Positions 1 through 13,050 of a stretch of 64,000 nt of DNA are shown in pieces. Position numbers and translations under genes: made by a program. How positions within the stretch are numbered: the first letter of the stretch is position 1; every line of letters starts with the position of its first letter. The notes below the pieces were generated by a model. It worked only from the letters and a program-made list of their open reading frames with translations. It searched no databases and was not told where the DNA came from. The DNA is from Phallusia mammillata (lineage: Eukaryota), in the NCBI GenBank assembly GCA_965637545.1, contig OZ281499.1:26164001-26228000 (forward strand). Reading direction: 5' to 3'.

Positions 1-749
1 TAGTGAATATGTGCAGTTCGGTTGAGTTTACGGTGAAGTGAAGAACAAAGAAACTCGGCGAAATTGCGCTTGGAACAGAATGTGTCGGACTGTCGGTGCT
101 ACGCGGCAAATTGGTCCAAAATTGTCGAAGGTTGGCAATGCAGTCGAAGCCGTCTTTTGGGCTTTTTTTTTCTTCGACATAAGCTGAGGACACCAGCAAA
201 TGTACAGTTATTGTGTAGGCCTTTTTAATACAATTTTCCGTAACTGTCACAAGAACGCCCATGCGTACTGTGTAGTGCATTCAGCAAAATATTTTGTGTC
301 ACAAGGCTTAATAAGCTCAACATCTCAACCTGTTGTTGTCGGATTTAAGCGGTAGAAAGGCGCCAATTTTACGTTAGTTATTTGGCCGAACATACGCGAC
401 TTTAATAGGAACATGCGCACTGACAACTTTCGTAGATGACTGAAGAGAAAAACTTTTACACGTGGTGCACGGTCGGCGACTCAAACGTTCAATGAAAGCG
501 AATTTGCAACAGAAAAGGAAAAACAAACTGACCGCTTCCAAAGTTACGAAAAATAGACAGCGCCATAAATATCGTAAGTGGGGTCGTAACTGCAATGTTA
601 TGGGTTACACCTTCGATTTATTTGCCATTGCATATTTTGAACTCTTCAGAATTATATAGGAAAATTTTATGTCAGCAAAATAACCGAGCCAATACATTGA
701 TAAGATACTGTTGGGTTTAATTTTATTTAATAATTCATTATACATTAAA

Positions 750-3700
750 ATGGACCAAAAACACGTAGTTGCACTGTTGGCTGTTTTCGATTTGTGTGGT
801 GTGTCGTGTATCAACGCTCAGCCTTCGAACTGCATGGTTGGTACGAATATTTTAGTCGAAACTACCTGCGCTAGCGCTGAACTTTTCTGTGGGAGAACAG
901 AAACAGCGAACGGCGGTAAGTATTAAATTGTTATAAGCCACCAAACCACAAAGGTTTGCTTTGGTAATTGACTTGTTCCACAAGTAGTAACAATTTAAAC
1001 AATGTAATGTTGTACATTTTAGATACGGTAGGAGATTGTACTGCCACACTGGCCGCCTGTGACGCTCTCTGCGCCGAAACAACGTAAGTAGATGCAAACG
1101 AATCAAAAGAAATAAAAAAGGAAAACTGAAACTTTGTTGTCATTAACACCTCGACATCAGTAAAGCTGTGACCACTGTGGTGGGAGTAAAGCATTGTGAA
1201 ATATTACATTAACGCCTTTTCAGTGGCTGTGTATCAGCTTGCTGCAACGATGCAGATAATTGCAACAGTCCAACCGTTGCCGAGATGCGGAATGTGGTGA
1301 CTTGCATGACGGGGTCAGTAACTGGTACGACACTCACTGGTACCACAACTTGCGCAGCAGGACAATTATGCGCCAGGACTGAAACAATTGATGCTACACG
1401 TATGCAAAACAAAATGTTGGGGTGAAGAAGATTTGAAATAAACTCTTTAATCCTAACGTAAGATTGTTACAATTTTAATAAGTTTACAAACTATCTGAAG
1501 TTCACGGTGGGACTACCGGCTCATAGTCGAAGCGTTTCGTTTTTACTTGGACTATTACATCCTATAAAACGGTGATCTTAGAATGAACATATGCAAACTG
1601 TGTACAGCCAGGTTAAAACTATATGCTGGCACGAGATAACAGTTCATATGTAACAATGTTAAGCATAAAAGGTTAAACAAACGCACATTCTTTTTCAGCC
1701 ACAGTAACAACCTTTGGGTCGTGCGCGACACAAGCACAATGCGATTTGCTCTGCAGTGGTGTCACGTAAGTGAACAGTTTAATGAAGCCACAAACATTTC
1801 ATGGGGCAAAACACGAGCTTTAAATAAAAAACATACTGCTTTCCAGAGATACGTGTGTATCGGCATGTTGTAACGATGCGGACAACTGCAATGACCGAAC
1901 AGTTGACGATGTAAACGACATTTTACGGTGTGGAACTGGTTCAACTACCGATGGAAATCTTCCTGCCTACATGACTTGCGACACCGATGAACAATGTGGA
2001 AGAACCGAAACTTCGGTTACCACGAATGGTGAATTCAAAAATATATATATTTCAATTACTTTTTGACATGTACTACCAATGTCCAATCAATTTTTAGGAA
2101 ATACTGTGGTGACAACCGTGGGATCTTGTCAAACATCGGGTGCTTGTGGAGCGGATCTGTGCAACAGCGCTGCGTAAGTTTCAGATTTACCATCATATCC
2201 ACTAGCGGTTTGCATATTTGCAGACATAAGTATTTTAACTGAGGTAAAATAAACGCGGTTTACATAACAATTGCGCAACAAATATTTTTACAAATTAAAG
2301 CAGTTTAGTCGGTTTGCTTTCAAATATCACAAACTTGAACTAAGACCTCTGATCAACAGTATACAAGCGCACAAAAAAAACAGTCAACGAAAAGGAAAGT
2401 AGTTGCGATGAAAAGCATTTCGAATCTTTTTTCTTCTTGCCATGGACATAGTTGCAAGCTCAGCAACAAAAAAATCAGCAATAAAAACAATAAATATCTT
2501 CTATTAGCACACAAAATGACCAAAATACGTTTTTAGAGGATGTGTGGATGCTTGCTGTAACGATGTAACACTTTGACAGTCGCTGAACAGACAGGCAGAG
2601 TTTGCATGGTTGGAACAACCACCACAGTTGGAAGCAACGCTGCAACTGAAAGTATGGTGGCCACACATTGCAGTCCAAACCTTTTACTGTGCAAAAACTG
2701 AAACCACCACAACAGCAAGTAAGATCCGACACATAACTCTACTTAACTTAATGTTGCCTTTCAACAATATAAATTACACAACAATACACATAACTTGTTT
2801 TTTTAGATTCTGTCGATACTGTAGTTGTTGTTGGTTCATGCCAAGCTACAGTCATCTCTTGTGAACTACTTTGTGTTGGTGTTGCGTAAGTAAATAAAAA
2901 AAAAACTTTTAGTCCAGTGAGGATGCAAAAATACCTGAAAAAATTGCATAAATCCAGAACTTTGCCATAAAGTTGTACTTGTCAGTCATTTTAAAACATG
3001 CAAACTGTAAACTCAAAACATGTTATATTGTGTTACAGGGGTTGCATGGCAGCATGTTGCAATGATGCCGACAACTGTAACAGCGAAATAGTCACTGATA
3101 TCAAGAACGTAGTGAGATGTGGAGATGGGACATTATCAACCGAGGGAGTATTTCCAACCCCAGCTATGGCATGCCAAGCTACGGAACAATGTGGTAGAAC
3201 AGAAACAACCACAAACGGTAATTCAAAGTTAGGCTTTAGTGCGCGGTTTAAAACTTACGGTCGTAATAGTTACTAATGTTTGTCATTTTTTTGCAGAAAT
3301 TGTGTTTCTGCTTGCTGTAACAATGCTGACACATGCAACACTCTAACCGTAGCCATGCAGAACAGTCCAATTTGTAAGGTTGGAACAACTACCACAGTTG
3401 GAAGCAACGCTGCAACTGGAAGTTTGGTGGCCACACATTGTAGTCCCAATATGTTCTGTGGAAGAACTGAAACCACAAAAACAGCAGGTGAAAAACATCC
3501 TCCGGTTTAATGTTGAAACTATTCGTCTAAACTTTAAAACCATAATTTTGCAGACAACGTGGACACAGTGGTTGTTGTAGGATCATGCCAAGCTTCAGCA
3601 GACTCATGCGACTTGCTCTGTGCAGATGACTCGTAAGTTTATAAGTTCACACGCTACAAAAACCAATATAACCAACATTACACAACTGCGTCCGCGCATG

Positions 3701-5294
3701 TTGTAACAATGCTGACGGTTGCAACAGTGTTTCGGTTGCTATGATGACAAGCACGCTGACTTGTTACGATCAAACAGTTACAGGAACAGCGACAGCTTTA
3801 ACCACAACAGCGGACTGCACCACCGATCAAGTTTGTGCTAGAACAGAAACCGGAACTGGAAGTAAGTAAATGTGGTGAGGGTAGTTACGTCGTTCTGTAT
3901 AACTTAGGTTTGAATTACATTGAAACTTATTGTAAATGGACATGGTAAAGGTAACTAGTTTTTATTCGGCAGTGAGAATCGCGCACTTTAAGCAATTATT
4001 TGCTGTTGAAAAAGTCAAATAAACAACAGAACTGACAAACGGCTTCTCCTGTGTACAATAATACGCGATTTTACTGCCGAACAAAAACTAACACCAGAGC
4101 AAAGATTATTTTACCGCAATAATGTTCGAACAGATATAGCAACAGTTGTTACATCTTGTCAAGCTGCAACTGCATGTGCAACATTGTGTGGCTCAACTCA
4201 GTAAGTACTCAACTATGTCACAATTTCTATTACTGCCTGAAACAAGTAACAATCTCTTAAAGCGCCGTGCACAATTACGTCCTAGAAGCTTAAATCATAG
4301 TTTTAGTTTTTGAACCAATGGACTTTGGGTTTTCGGGAACTCCTAATTGGGAAGCAGTGACCCAAATTAATAGTTGTCAGCAAACCAGTTTATTGTATTT
4401 CATCAGCCTGTGAGATCAAAACACAGGTTACAATAGACAAGGGTCAATTTTATTTGTGATTTTTTTATTTGTCTATTTTTTCACAGAAATTGTGTGAGTA
4501 GTTGCTGCAGCAGTTCGGATCTCTGCAACATTTTAACAGTGAGCCAACAAACAGCCCGAAACTGTTACGTTGGAAGTTCAACTTCAGACACACCAGTTAT
4601 GGATATGACTTACACTCGGTGCGCTGCATCTGAACAATGCGGAAGAACTCAAACCTCTGCAACATCCGGAAGTAAGTCTTGTACGACGTTACCTAATGCT
4701 TGGCTTCCATTTGTACTTTCGTGCGTAACAACCCTAACTAAACTACTGATAATGGACATTATACTCCATGAGCATATTTATATTTTGCAGAGATATTTTC
4801 TAATTTTGATTTGCTAATGTTCAGGTACAACAACAGTGACTACAGTTGGATCTTGTACAGCAGCAACTGCATGCGACACTCTTTGTGGAACGTAAGTTAG
4901 TAAAACATACTCATAAAATACTGTAACTGTCTCAAATTTCACACAAACCTTTGCCCTTAACTTGTATACAAATGGATTCATACTAACTTCGTCCCGTCAA
5001 AGGTGATAATAACATCATTTCTTTTAGCAAGCATATTAACATGCTTTCAGAAAAGAAGCAAAACGAACAAACGGCTAAACATGATTATCTTATTTTCATA
5101 GAGCGGCAAACTGTGTATCAACTTGCTGTGACACGGACGGTTGCAACTCTGCCGCTATTGCCACAACAACAACCACTTCTATAACCACCACCACTGCAGC
5201 AGAAACTACAACAACTGGTGGTGCTGAACATGCAGCACAAATTAATATGTTGGTGATGATGGGTCTTGTGGTTCTCGGTTGGTTCATGGCTTAA
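750..5294 (+). CDS. Multi-exon gene for a secreted, probably GPI-anchored protein with 7-8 tandem Ly6/uPAR-like (three-finger) 10-Cys repeats, copy 1; some internal exons are damaged
   Basis: Exons reconstructed from GT-AG sites: 750-915, 1023-1083, 1224-1399, 1699-1765, 1847-2028, 2098-2173, 2537-2718, 2807-2885, 3039-3217, 3297-3487, 3554-3632, ~3683-3861, 4134-4200, 4487-4671, 4825-4891, 5102-5294. Signal-like N-terminus MDQKHVVALLAVFDLCGVSCINA. Repeat C..C-x4-6-C-x-RTET..G-x-C..C-x3-C..C-x3-CC-x4-5-CN. Thr-rich stalk and hydrophobic end (GGAEHAAQINMLVMMGLVVLGWFMA*). Confidence 0.75.
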
Positions 5295-8285
5295 TCGATG
5301 TGTTTCCAATGCATCAGCATTACTGTGTTTGTGTGATTTAGAGAATATATATCCAAGTTTAAACTATTTTCTTACGTTGCACATGGATTTCAACCTACTG
5401 TGAAGTGTGTTAATGTAAGTTGTGTCTCAGTGTTATAAAACTATTGAACTGATTCTGTACATTCCAAAAGCGTTTGCAATTTCGCCAAATATAACTTTTG
5501 TAGTAAAATGCCTGTGATTTATGATTCAGATGAAGTCAAATCGAGTGCACAATAGTTCTACACTCGACGCTAATGACTCAAAATAAAAACGCGAAAAAAA
5601 GACGCGTAAACACAAAGGTAGCGCAGCATGAAAAACGTTTTTCGATGTCTTAGATTACCCAGTTTTTTTGCTATCTGTAATCACTCAGCACCGATCTATG
5701 TCTTACCTTACAATGACAGTCACCAAACATTATAAAATTCACAACATTAACTGGGATTAATTTGAACCGATTCTGTACATTCCAATACCTATTCCAGAAA
5801 TAAAAAAATAGTTTGTTGTGTGAAAAACTGTGTTACATCCTCATGCATAGTCCCGTCCGAAATTTAAAGAATGGTTTAACACCAATTTTTGCTCAATGCC
5901 TTTGGTATAATAGGGCAGTTAACAGGCAAAAAACATGCAAAATTTAAACAACATAAAGTCACCCGTAATTTAGGCAACCAGACATGACAACCCGCAGTAA
6001 ACACCACAAAAACACACTTCCATTCAACACGAAATAATGGGGCACGGGCTGAAGTGTTGATGTTTTTTGTTTGACTCGAGTGCGAAAAGGGAGTTTTGGT
6101 GTAACTCTATCCTATTGAATTGACTGCGACACCACGGTGATGTGCATAGAAGAGGAACGCCGAGTTGTTTTTACACTGTTGGGAGCTGTTTTAATAATAA
6201 AGCGTATGTTCACTCTGTTACTCTGCAATAAAGGTAAACTTTAGCACTAGAACAAATAAAAACTGGGCTGCTATGTAGACATTACTGATATCGACCTGAT
6301 AAAAACATTAACGTTGAAAAACAGAATTAAAAAAAAAAACAGGTTCAAGCAGCGTGAACTTATTCAACAGTGGCAAGCACATTGTTTCCCCCCAACCACA
6401 AAAATTGATACATAAATTTTACAAACTTCGGTTGGTAATGGACATTACAAATTAGAATTTAAGGGGTCTTGTAGACGTTCATCACCTAATCCATGCACGA
6501 TAGGGTTTCGTTGTGAAAATTGTTCCATAACCACCAGCAAAACAAACGTTATATAGACACTTTACAAGTGATGCATTTCAAAGTTTTTTAAACAAACCGC
6601 TGTATATTAAAAACAAGCTATAAAGGTCTTCGCTGACATATTGTATATTTTGGCCCGAAACCAAACAACACGAGGATTTTGGTTGCCGATCAACACTGAT
6701 GCCTTACGTCAAACGTAACGAACGGCAGCCCGGTTAATACCGTAAGGTGGCGATCTTAAGCGATTTAAAAGAACGAAAGTGTTGCCTATTCAGTTTCAAA
6801 CGGCAAAAATGATTTGCTCTTTGTTGGATTTGCAGAACGCATATACCATGAGGACCAGATGTTTGTGTAGAACATAAAAAATACCTCATCTATCAAGGTT
6901 TGTAGTTTTCTATGCATTTTAAGTATTAATTTAAACGACAACTTGTTTAGCCACGTGAGGGCAGTCTACACCCAATAACGAACAAAAAAGAGGGAGGAGC
7001 TTGATCGATTCCTAGCACGAGAAAATGACCGTGTTATATACAGAAAAACAATATACACTAAATTTAGTTTGACGTAAACATGTATAATCAAATGGACCGT
7101 GAATGGATTTGCCAGATATTCGGCTACAAACCAGGGGCGGCATTACGAACACATCTCGCTAAGTTTAGCGAGCTCGGTATTGACGCACGACCTCGTTAAC
7201 TCGAGATTTGGTATTACGAACCCCCGTCTCGCTAACCGGGCCTCGCTAAACTCCTCGCTAAGTAGCGAGGAGCTCAGACCACTCGCTAACGCCGAATTAT
7301 TCCGGACATAGCCGCACAGCTGTGTCAGCAAATAATAATGGCTGCCTATTTTGCGGTAAAACGCTCAAATAAACGAAAAAAGGTCAGACAAAATCCTCTA
7401 GAAATGTCGGACGTAGAATTAATTTCAGAATACCGAATGCCGAAAGCTGTAATAATGGATTTGTGCAACCATTTGCACGAAGATTTAAAACCGAAAAGTG
7501 CCAGTAAAAGATGTCTTACAGTGGAAGAACAAGTTTTGATATCACTAAAACTTTTGGCATCGGGAAGCTTTCAAAATTCAGCCAAGGACAATATTAATGT
7601 TTCACAACCAACTGTTAGTGTGGTACTAAGTCGATTTATGGACAGTTTGATTTCAAAACGACATCAATTTATCCACATGCCAAACAGGGTGTCTTCAACA
7701 ATGATAAAGCAACACTTTTACTCAATTGCACGGTTTCCTGGTGTCATAGGTGCCATTGATGGAACACATATTCCCATAATTGCACCAAGTGAAGAAGAAC
7801 ATCTCTTTGTTAACAGAAAGGGTTATCATTCCATCAATGTGCAGGCAAGTTGTATACTTTTCCCTTGTTATATATTGGTTTCATTTTTAAATTATTTTTG
7901 CAGGCTATATGTGACGCCAATATGGTGTTTTTGGATGTGGTATGCAAGTGGCCTGGCTCATGTCATGATGCATTCATTCTTCGACAATCAAATGTATACC
8001 AGGATTTTGAGGATGGAAAATATCATGACGACATTTTGCTAGGTGACAGTGGTTATCCATTAAAACCTTGGTTAATGACACCTCTTAGCCACCCAAGTAC
8101 CCCTTCACAACAGAAGTATAATAAGGCTCACAAACAAACACGATCAACAGTAGAGAAGTAAGTTACATTTGTCCTGCATCTCTTAATGTGAACATAAATG
8201 ATAATAAAGCTTTGTTGTTTAGGTCATTTGGTGTTTTGAAACAAAGATGGAGAGTTATTGATCACACAGGAGGAAGGTTATGTTA

Positions 8286-8980
8286 ATGGTAAACTGAACT
8301 CAGTATTATCTGAGTTAAAAATAATTAAAGAGAGCCAACACTTTCTGTCCAAAAAATATGATTTATTGCAAAAAAAACTCAACTTAACTGAAGAAGAAAT
8401 GAAATCTTTAACAAAAGAGAATACAGAGCTAAAGAAGAGCTTAAAAGAAATGCAAAAAGTTGCCGACAACAACAAACAAGCAATAAATTCACTGGAGCAG
8501 TATGGTCGAAGGGACTGTCTTGAATTCAACGGCATTCCTCTTACAGAGTCTGAAAATACAGATGAAATAGTTATGGCAATTGCAAAGCAAGTTGGTGTAC
8601 CCGTAAGTAAACCCGACATAAGCATTTCGCACAGGCTGCCAAACTCAAGATCATCTAACCAAAAGGTCTCACCTACAATAATTGCCAAATTTACTAACCG
8701 AAGACTACGGGATAATATTTTCAAGAATCGGATTAAGCTCCACAATCAAGCATCAGCTGCAACAAATAAATCAAAGATTTACATCAATGAGAGCCTAACC
8801 AAAGAAAATCGTAAACTATTTTATGCATGTCTTCAATTTAAAAAACAATCGGACTACAAGTTTTTATGGACTAGAAATGGAACAATTCTACTCAGGAAAA
8901 ATGAAACAAGCCCTACCATCAGCATCCACAGTGAAAAGGATCTTATCACACACAACATCATCATCCCTGAAAGTACATAA
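8286..8980 (+). CDS. LINE ORF1 lacking its N-terminus (coiled coil plus RRM-like nucleic-acid chaperone)
   Basis: Heptad-rich segment followed by LEQYGRRDCLEFNGIP, ISISHRL, IIAKF, IYINESLT and FLWTRNG, typical of L1-like ORF1 proteins of CR1/L2-group elements. Confidence 0.8.
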
Positions 8981-9268
8981 AGAATCAATATCAGTATGTT
9001 TATTTATTTTTATGCTTTACATAATGTGTTCTTTAATTACTAACTTATTTCCTTTGCCTACCTATACTGTGGATATAATATACACCTATGTTTACACTAG
9101 CCCATATTCTTTAATCAGCCAAAGGTTTGTTCAAACAAACTCAACAAAAAGCTTACCTCCTTCCATAACTTGTCTGCCTTCCCATGCCTTGGGATTTAGC
9201 TACTCCCCACATAAATGGCACTTATTTCCAGTGTTTATCATTAGAACAAAACATTCCAACTACTTCCA

Positions 9269-12165
9269 ATGGTGAGTCATTTGGACAATGATACATTTTC
9301 CTCAGTAGCCCACAGTCAGCAATACAGTCCAGCAGAATTCAAACACCTGTTAATAGGATCAAACCAGTTATCCCTAGTACATCTTAACACAAGAAGCCTG
9401 CACAAGAACTTGGGAAAAGTAATTGAGCTAATTCATACCATTAACTGCAAACCGGACATTATAGCCATTTCGGAAACAAAGCTCACAGTAAACAAACATA
9501 ACCTAATTAACATGCCTGGCTACAACTTCCTTGCAACTGACTCTTCCACTCATGCTGGTGGTGTTGGCCTTTACATCAATCATTTAGTCCCATTTAATCC
9601 ACGTTCTGACCTTCAATTGCACCATCCAAATACAGAAGATTTATGGGTAGAAATCCAGGCTAATAAATCCAAACATGTCATAATAGGCGTCATTTACTCT
9701 CATCCATCCCACAATATTCTGCAATTTCAAAATTCAATGACTACAGCCATTGATAAAATGAACACAAACAAAGAAACATATTACATTTGTGGAGATTTTA
9801 ATATTAACCTACTTAACAACACCCCTCTTACACATAACTACATTCAAAGCTTACAAGCATCTGGAAATCATTCCCTAATTGACACTCCGACCAGATTTAT
9901 GCCCAATCAACAACCATCCCTTCTTGATCATATATACACGAACAGCAACCCTGCACTCTCCCTAGCAGGCACTATAACGTTTGACATCAGCGATCACTTA
10001 CCAACATTTATGCTTCTAAAAGGACACAAATCACACACCCAGACCCAAGTCTGGATACGTAAATTTAATTTAATAGATAAAAGTCAGTTTTTAGCAGATT
10101 TAGATTTAAAATTGTCTAATCATATCAGCTCCTACCTCGATAATCCCAACAAGTTATTCTCCGAATTTAATGACATCTTCATATCAGTCCTGTATAAACA
10201 TGCTCCTCTTGTTAAACTCTCTAGATCTCATCAAAAATTCTACAAAAAGCCTTGGATTACAAACAGCATTATAAAGTCCATAAAAACTAAAAACAAACTA
10301 TACCGCAAAGCTATTAAAAAACGGACCATTGCGGCATATAATAAATACAAAAAATACAATAACACATTAACTCATATAAAAAAGAACGCCAAAATCAACT
10401 ACTATGCAAGTATTTTACAAAGTAACTCTGGCAACCCAAAAAAGATGTGGAAGGTAATTGGGGATATACTAAACAAAAGGAAATCATCCCCACCCATCTC
10501 TTCCATGAAAACATCAAATTCCGATCCCACCACAACTTCTCATCCCCTAACAGTTGCCAACAACTTCAACAAGTACTTTTCCACAATTGGTCTGAAGCTT
10601 GCTCAATCCATTCCAGCATCAAATCATTCACCTCTAAAATATATCACCAGCACCTTCAATCATTCCATGTACCTACACCCTATTGATAACTATGAGATGG
10701 AAAGCACAATAAACAATCTTAAAAATAACTCCTCTAAAGACACCTTCGACATTCCCTTAAATTTAATCAAAGTTAGTTGTCCAATAATATCTGCATACCT
10801 TACTGAAATCTACAACCTTTGTGTAAGTACAGGTGTATTTCCAGATGACATGAAAATTGCTAAAGTGATTCCAATTTTCAAAAGTGGGGACCATCAACTT
10901 TTCTGCAATTACAGACCAATATCAATCCTTCCACATTTCTCGAAGATATTTGAAAAACTTTTGAAAAAAAATCTAAATTCTTACCTAAATAAATTCAATA
11001 TCATCACAGATAATCAAGCTGGGTTTAGAACAAGTTTCTCAACAACACTTTCGCTTCTAGAATTATACGACTACCTTTTAATGCAAAATAGTGTAAAGAA
11101 GACAACATGTGCAATATTTCTGGATCTCAAAAAAGCATTTGACACCGTTGACCACCAAATTCTTCTTGGTAAGCTTGAAAAACATGGAATTAGAGGCATT
11201 CCATTGAAACTTCTCACTTCGTTTTTGACCGGTCGTAAACAATTTGTAATGTTAAATTCAACACAGTCTCAATATCAGGACATTGTTTGTGGCGTCCCGC
11301 AGGGCTCAGTTCTTTCTCCAATTCTATTTCTCATTTATATAAATGACTTACCTTCCATTACCAACTTCAAAACAAACTTATTTGCGGATGACACAGCTCT
11401 CTTCATGTCCAACAAAAACGTCCAAATATTAGAGGTTGAAGTAAACCAGCAACTAAACAAAATAAGCCAATGGATGTCTTCAAACAAGCTTACCATTAAT
11501 ACTTTAAAAACTAATTTTATAATTTTCCCTCAAAAATCAATCTCACAAAAATGCTTTAGCGTAAGTTGTGGTCAACAGAAACTAAACCAAGTGTCCCATA
11601 CTAAATACCTCGGAATGATCATAGATGACAAACTCTCTTGGAAACAACATGTTGCATACCTTGCAACAAAGCTAGCCTCCGGGTCAGGTATGCTATTTAC
11701 GCTTAAAAAATATTTGCCATCAGCTTCGTTAAAGCCTGTTTATTCAGTTCTTGTCGCAAGTCATTTGACTTATGGCATTCTGAGCTGGGGCACGGCTACA
11801 TCCCAAACGTATCATACAGAGAAAACCTAAATCATGTATATTCGAAAAGTCAAATTCTTAAAATTCCTGACATGTACAATTTTGAACTAGGAAAATTTAT
11901 GTTCAAAGTTCACAATAAGCTACTGCCTCCTGTCTACACCTCTGCCTATACTTACATTAGTTCCATTCATAATCATATAACACGTCAGTCTGCCACTAAC
12001 CACTTTTTCATCAAACGAATGTCCTCAACAAAATCCCAGGCAGCATCTATTTACCAAGGCCCAAAATTATGGAATTCCATTCCTCATTACATAAAAAACA
12101 ACCCTCTTCGCTTGTTTAGCAAATTATACAAAAAAAGCCTTTTGGATATGTATCTGACCTGGTAA
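9269..12165 (+). pseudogene. LINE ORF2 (AP endonuclease plus reverse transcriptase) with a frameshift near the C-terminus
   Basis: Endonuclease motifs HLNTRSL, IAISET, GDFN and SDH; RT motifs DLKKAFDTV, GVPQGS and FADDT. The ORF stops at 11830 and the C-terminus resumes in another frame (SYRENLNHVYSKSQILKIPDMYNFELGKFMFK). Confidence 0.9.
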
Positions 12166-13050
12166 GTTTTTACATGTGTGCCATACTTCTTATCCGCATT
12201 ATTTTTCACGTTACTTTCCAATGCTGTGTGCCTTTCGCTTGTATTCCTCCCGCCAGTTCCCTAGCAACCACGTGTAATGTATGATAACATTTACAAGACC
12301 AATACAGTACATCATTTGCATTACTGTAAACTGTGCACACTGCTCTAGTTTTAATTATCAAAAGACTCCTGCTGTGTGACTATCTTTTTTCCTTTTTGCC
12401 TATTTATCATTATTTCTGTACACGGGTGGCTGACTCGATGACCTATATGGTCCCTTCGCCATCCACCAGTTGCTTGCCTATTATATTTTATTTGCATGCA
12501 ATAACCGCGTACGCAACTGAAAATAAAATGATGATGATGATGATATTCACCTCTACAAGTTTGTAAAATTACAATGTGTTGTTTCATTCTGCACAATATT
12601 TGTCGCCTTTACAATGTGCCACTGCCTCAACCACTGCCAGCAAATGCTGACATAGATTCGCTTTTAGACACAACCACAACAAATGAAATTCATGACTTGC
12701 AAGGTAGTACTGTGAAAGATTCGATTATTTCCACATTCCAATAAAGATGTTTGTGAAATGTTTTTTGTGGTTGTTTATTGCAAAAAGTGGCAACACAGCA
12801 ACACAGAAATGAACTTGAAAAATAGGTAACAGAACACTGAACGAATATGAAAGTCATAAGGTAGGTAAGAATAACAGTGAAGAATAGGAAACTACTGAAG
12901 TAGGGCAATTAAAAACAGTGAACAAGATTGAATAAAACCTTGACAGGCTTGCACAGATTGAAGCCTTTAACCAGCAGTGAAAGTAGTAAATAACAGAAAA
13001 TTGAAAAACACATGCAGAAAAAAGCATACTGTTAAAAATGCATATTAAAT

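Larger units (their letters stand above)
8286..12543 (+). mobile_element. 5'-truncated non-LTR retrotransposon of the CR1/L2 group (Crack/Daphne-like)
   Basis: Absent at the equivalent site in unit 2 (55441-55450, TATGTTATTC). Contains ORF1 and an APE-RT ORF2. The 3' end is AATAAA followed by a (TGA)n tail, with only TA shared at the two junctions. Confidence 0.92.
7338..12744 (+). pseudogene. Harbinger DDE transposase, copy 1, interrupted by a LINE
   Basis: Exons 7338-7844, 7904-8157, 8223-8285 plus 12546-12744. Motifs GAIDGTH, LLGDSGYP, VEKSFGVLKQRW. Intron 1 is GC-AG. The LINE insertion creates TAA at 8284-8286. Confidence 0.9.

Noticed and set aside
7099-7331. Short ORFs on both strands at the Harbinger left end
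   Set aside because: They are by-products of the subterminal CTCGCTAA repeats.
8258-8285. Track start of LINE ORF1
   Set aside because: It lies in Harbinger sequence upstream of the insertion junction, so the start is chimeric.
8278-8745. Antisense ORFs over LINE ORF1 and over gag/pol (also 21160-21516, 40463-40939, 40984-41436, 63483-63872)
   Set aside because: They are shadows of real coding frames on the opposite strand.
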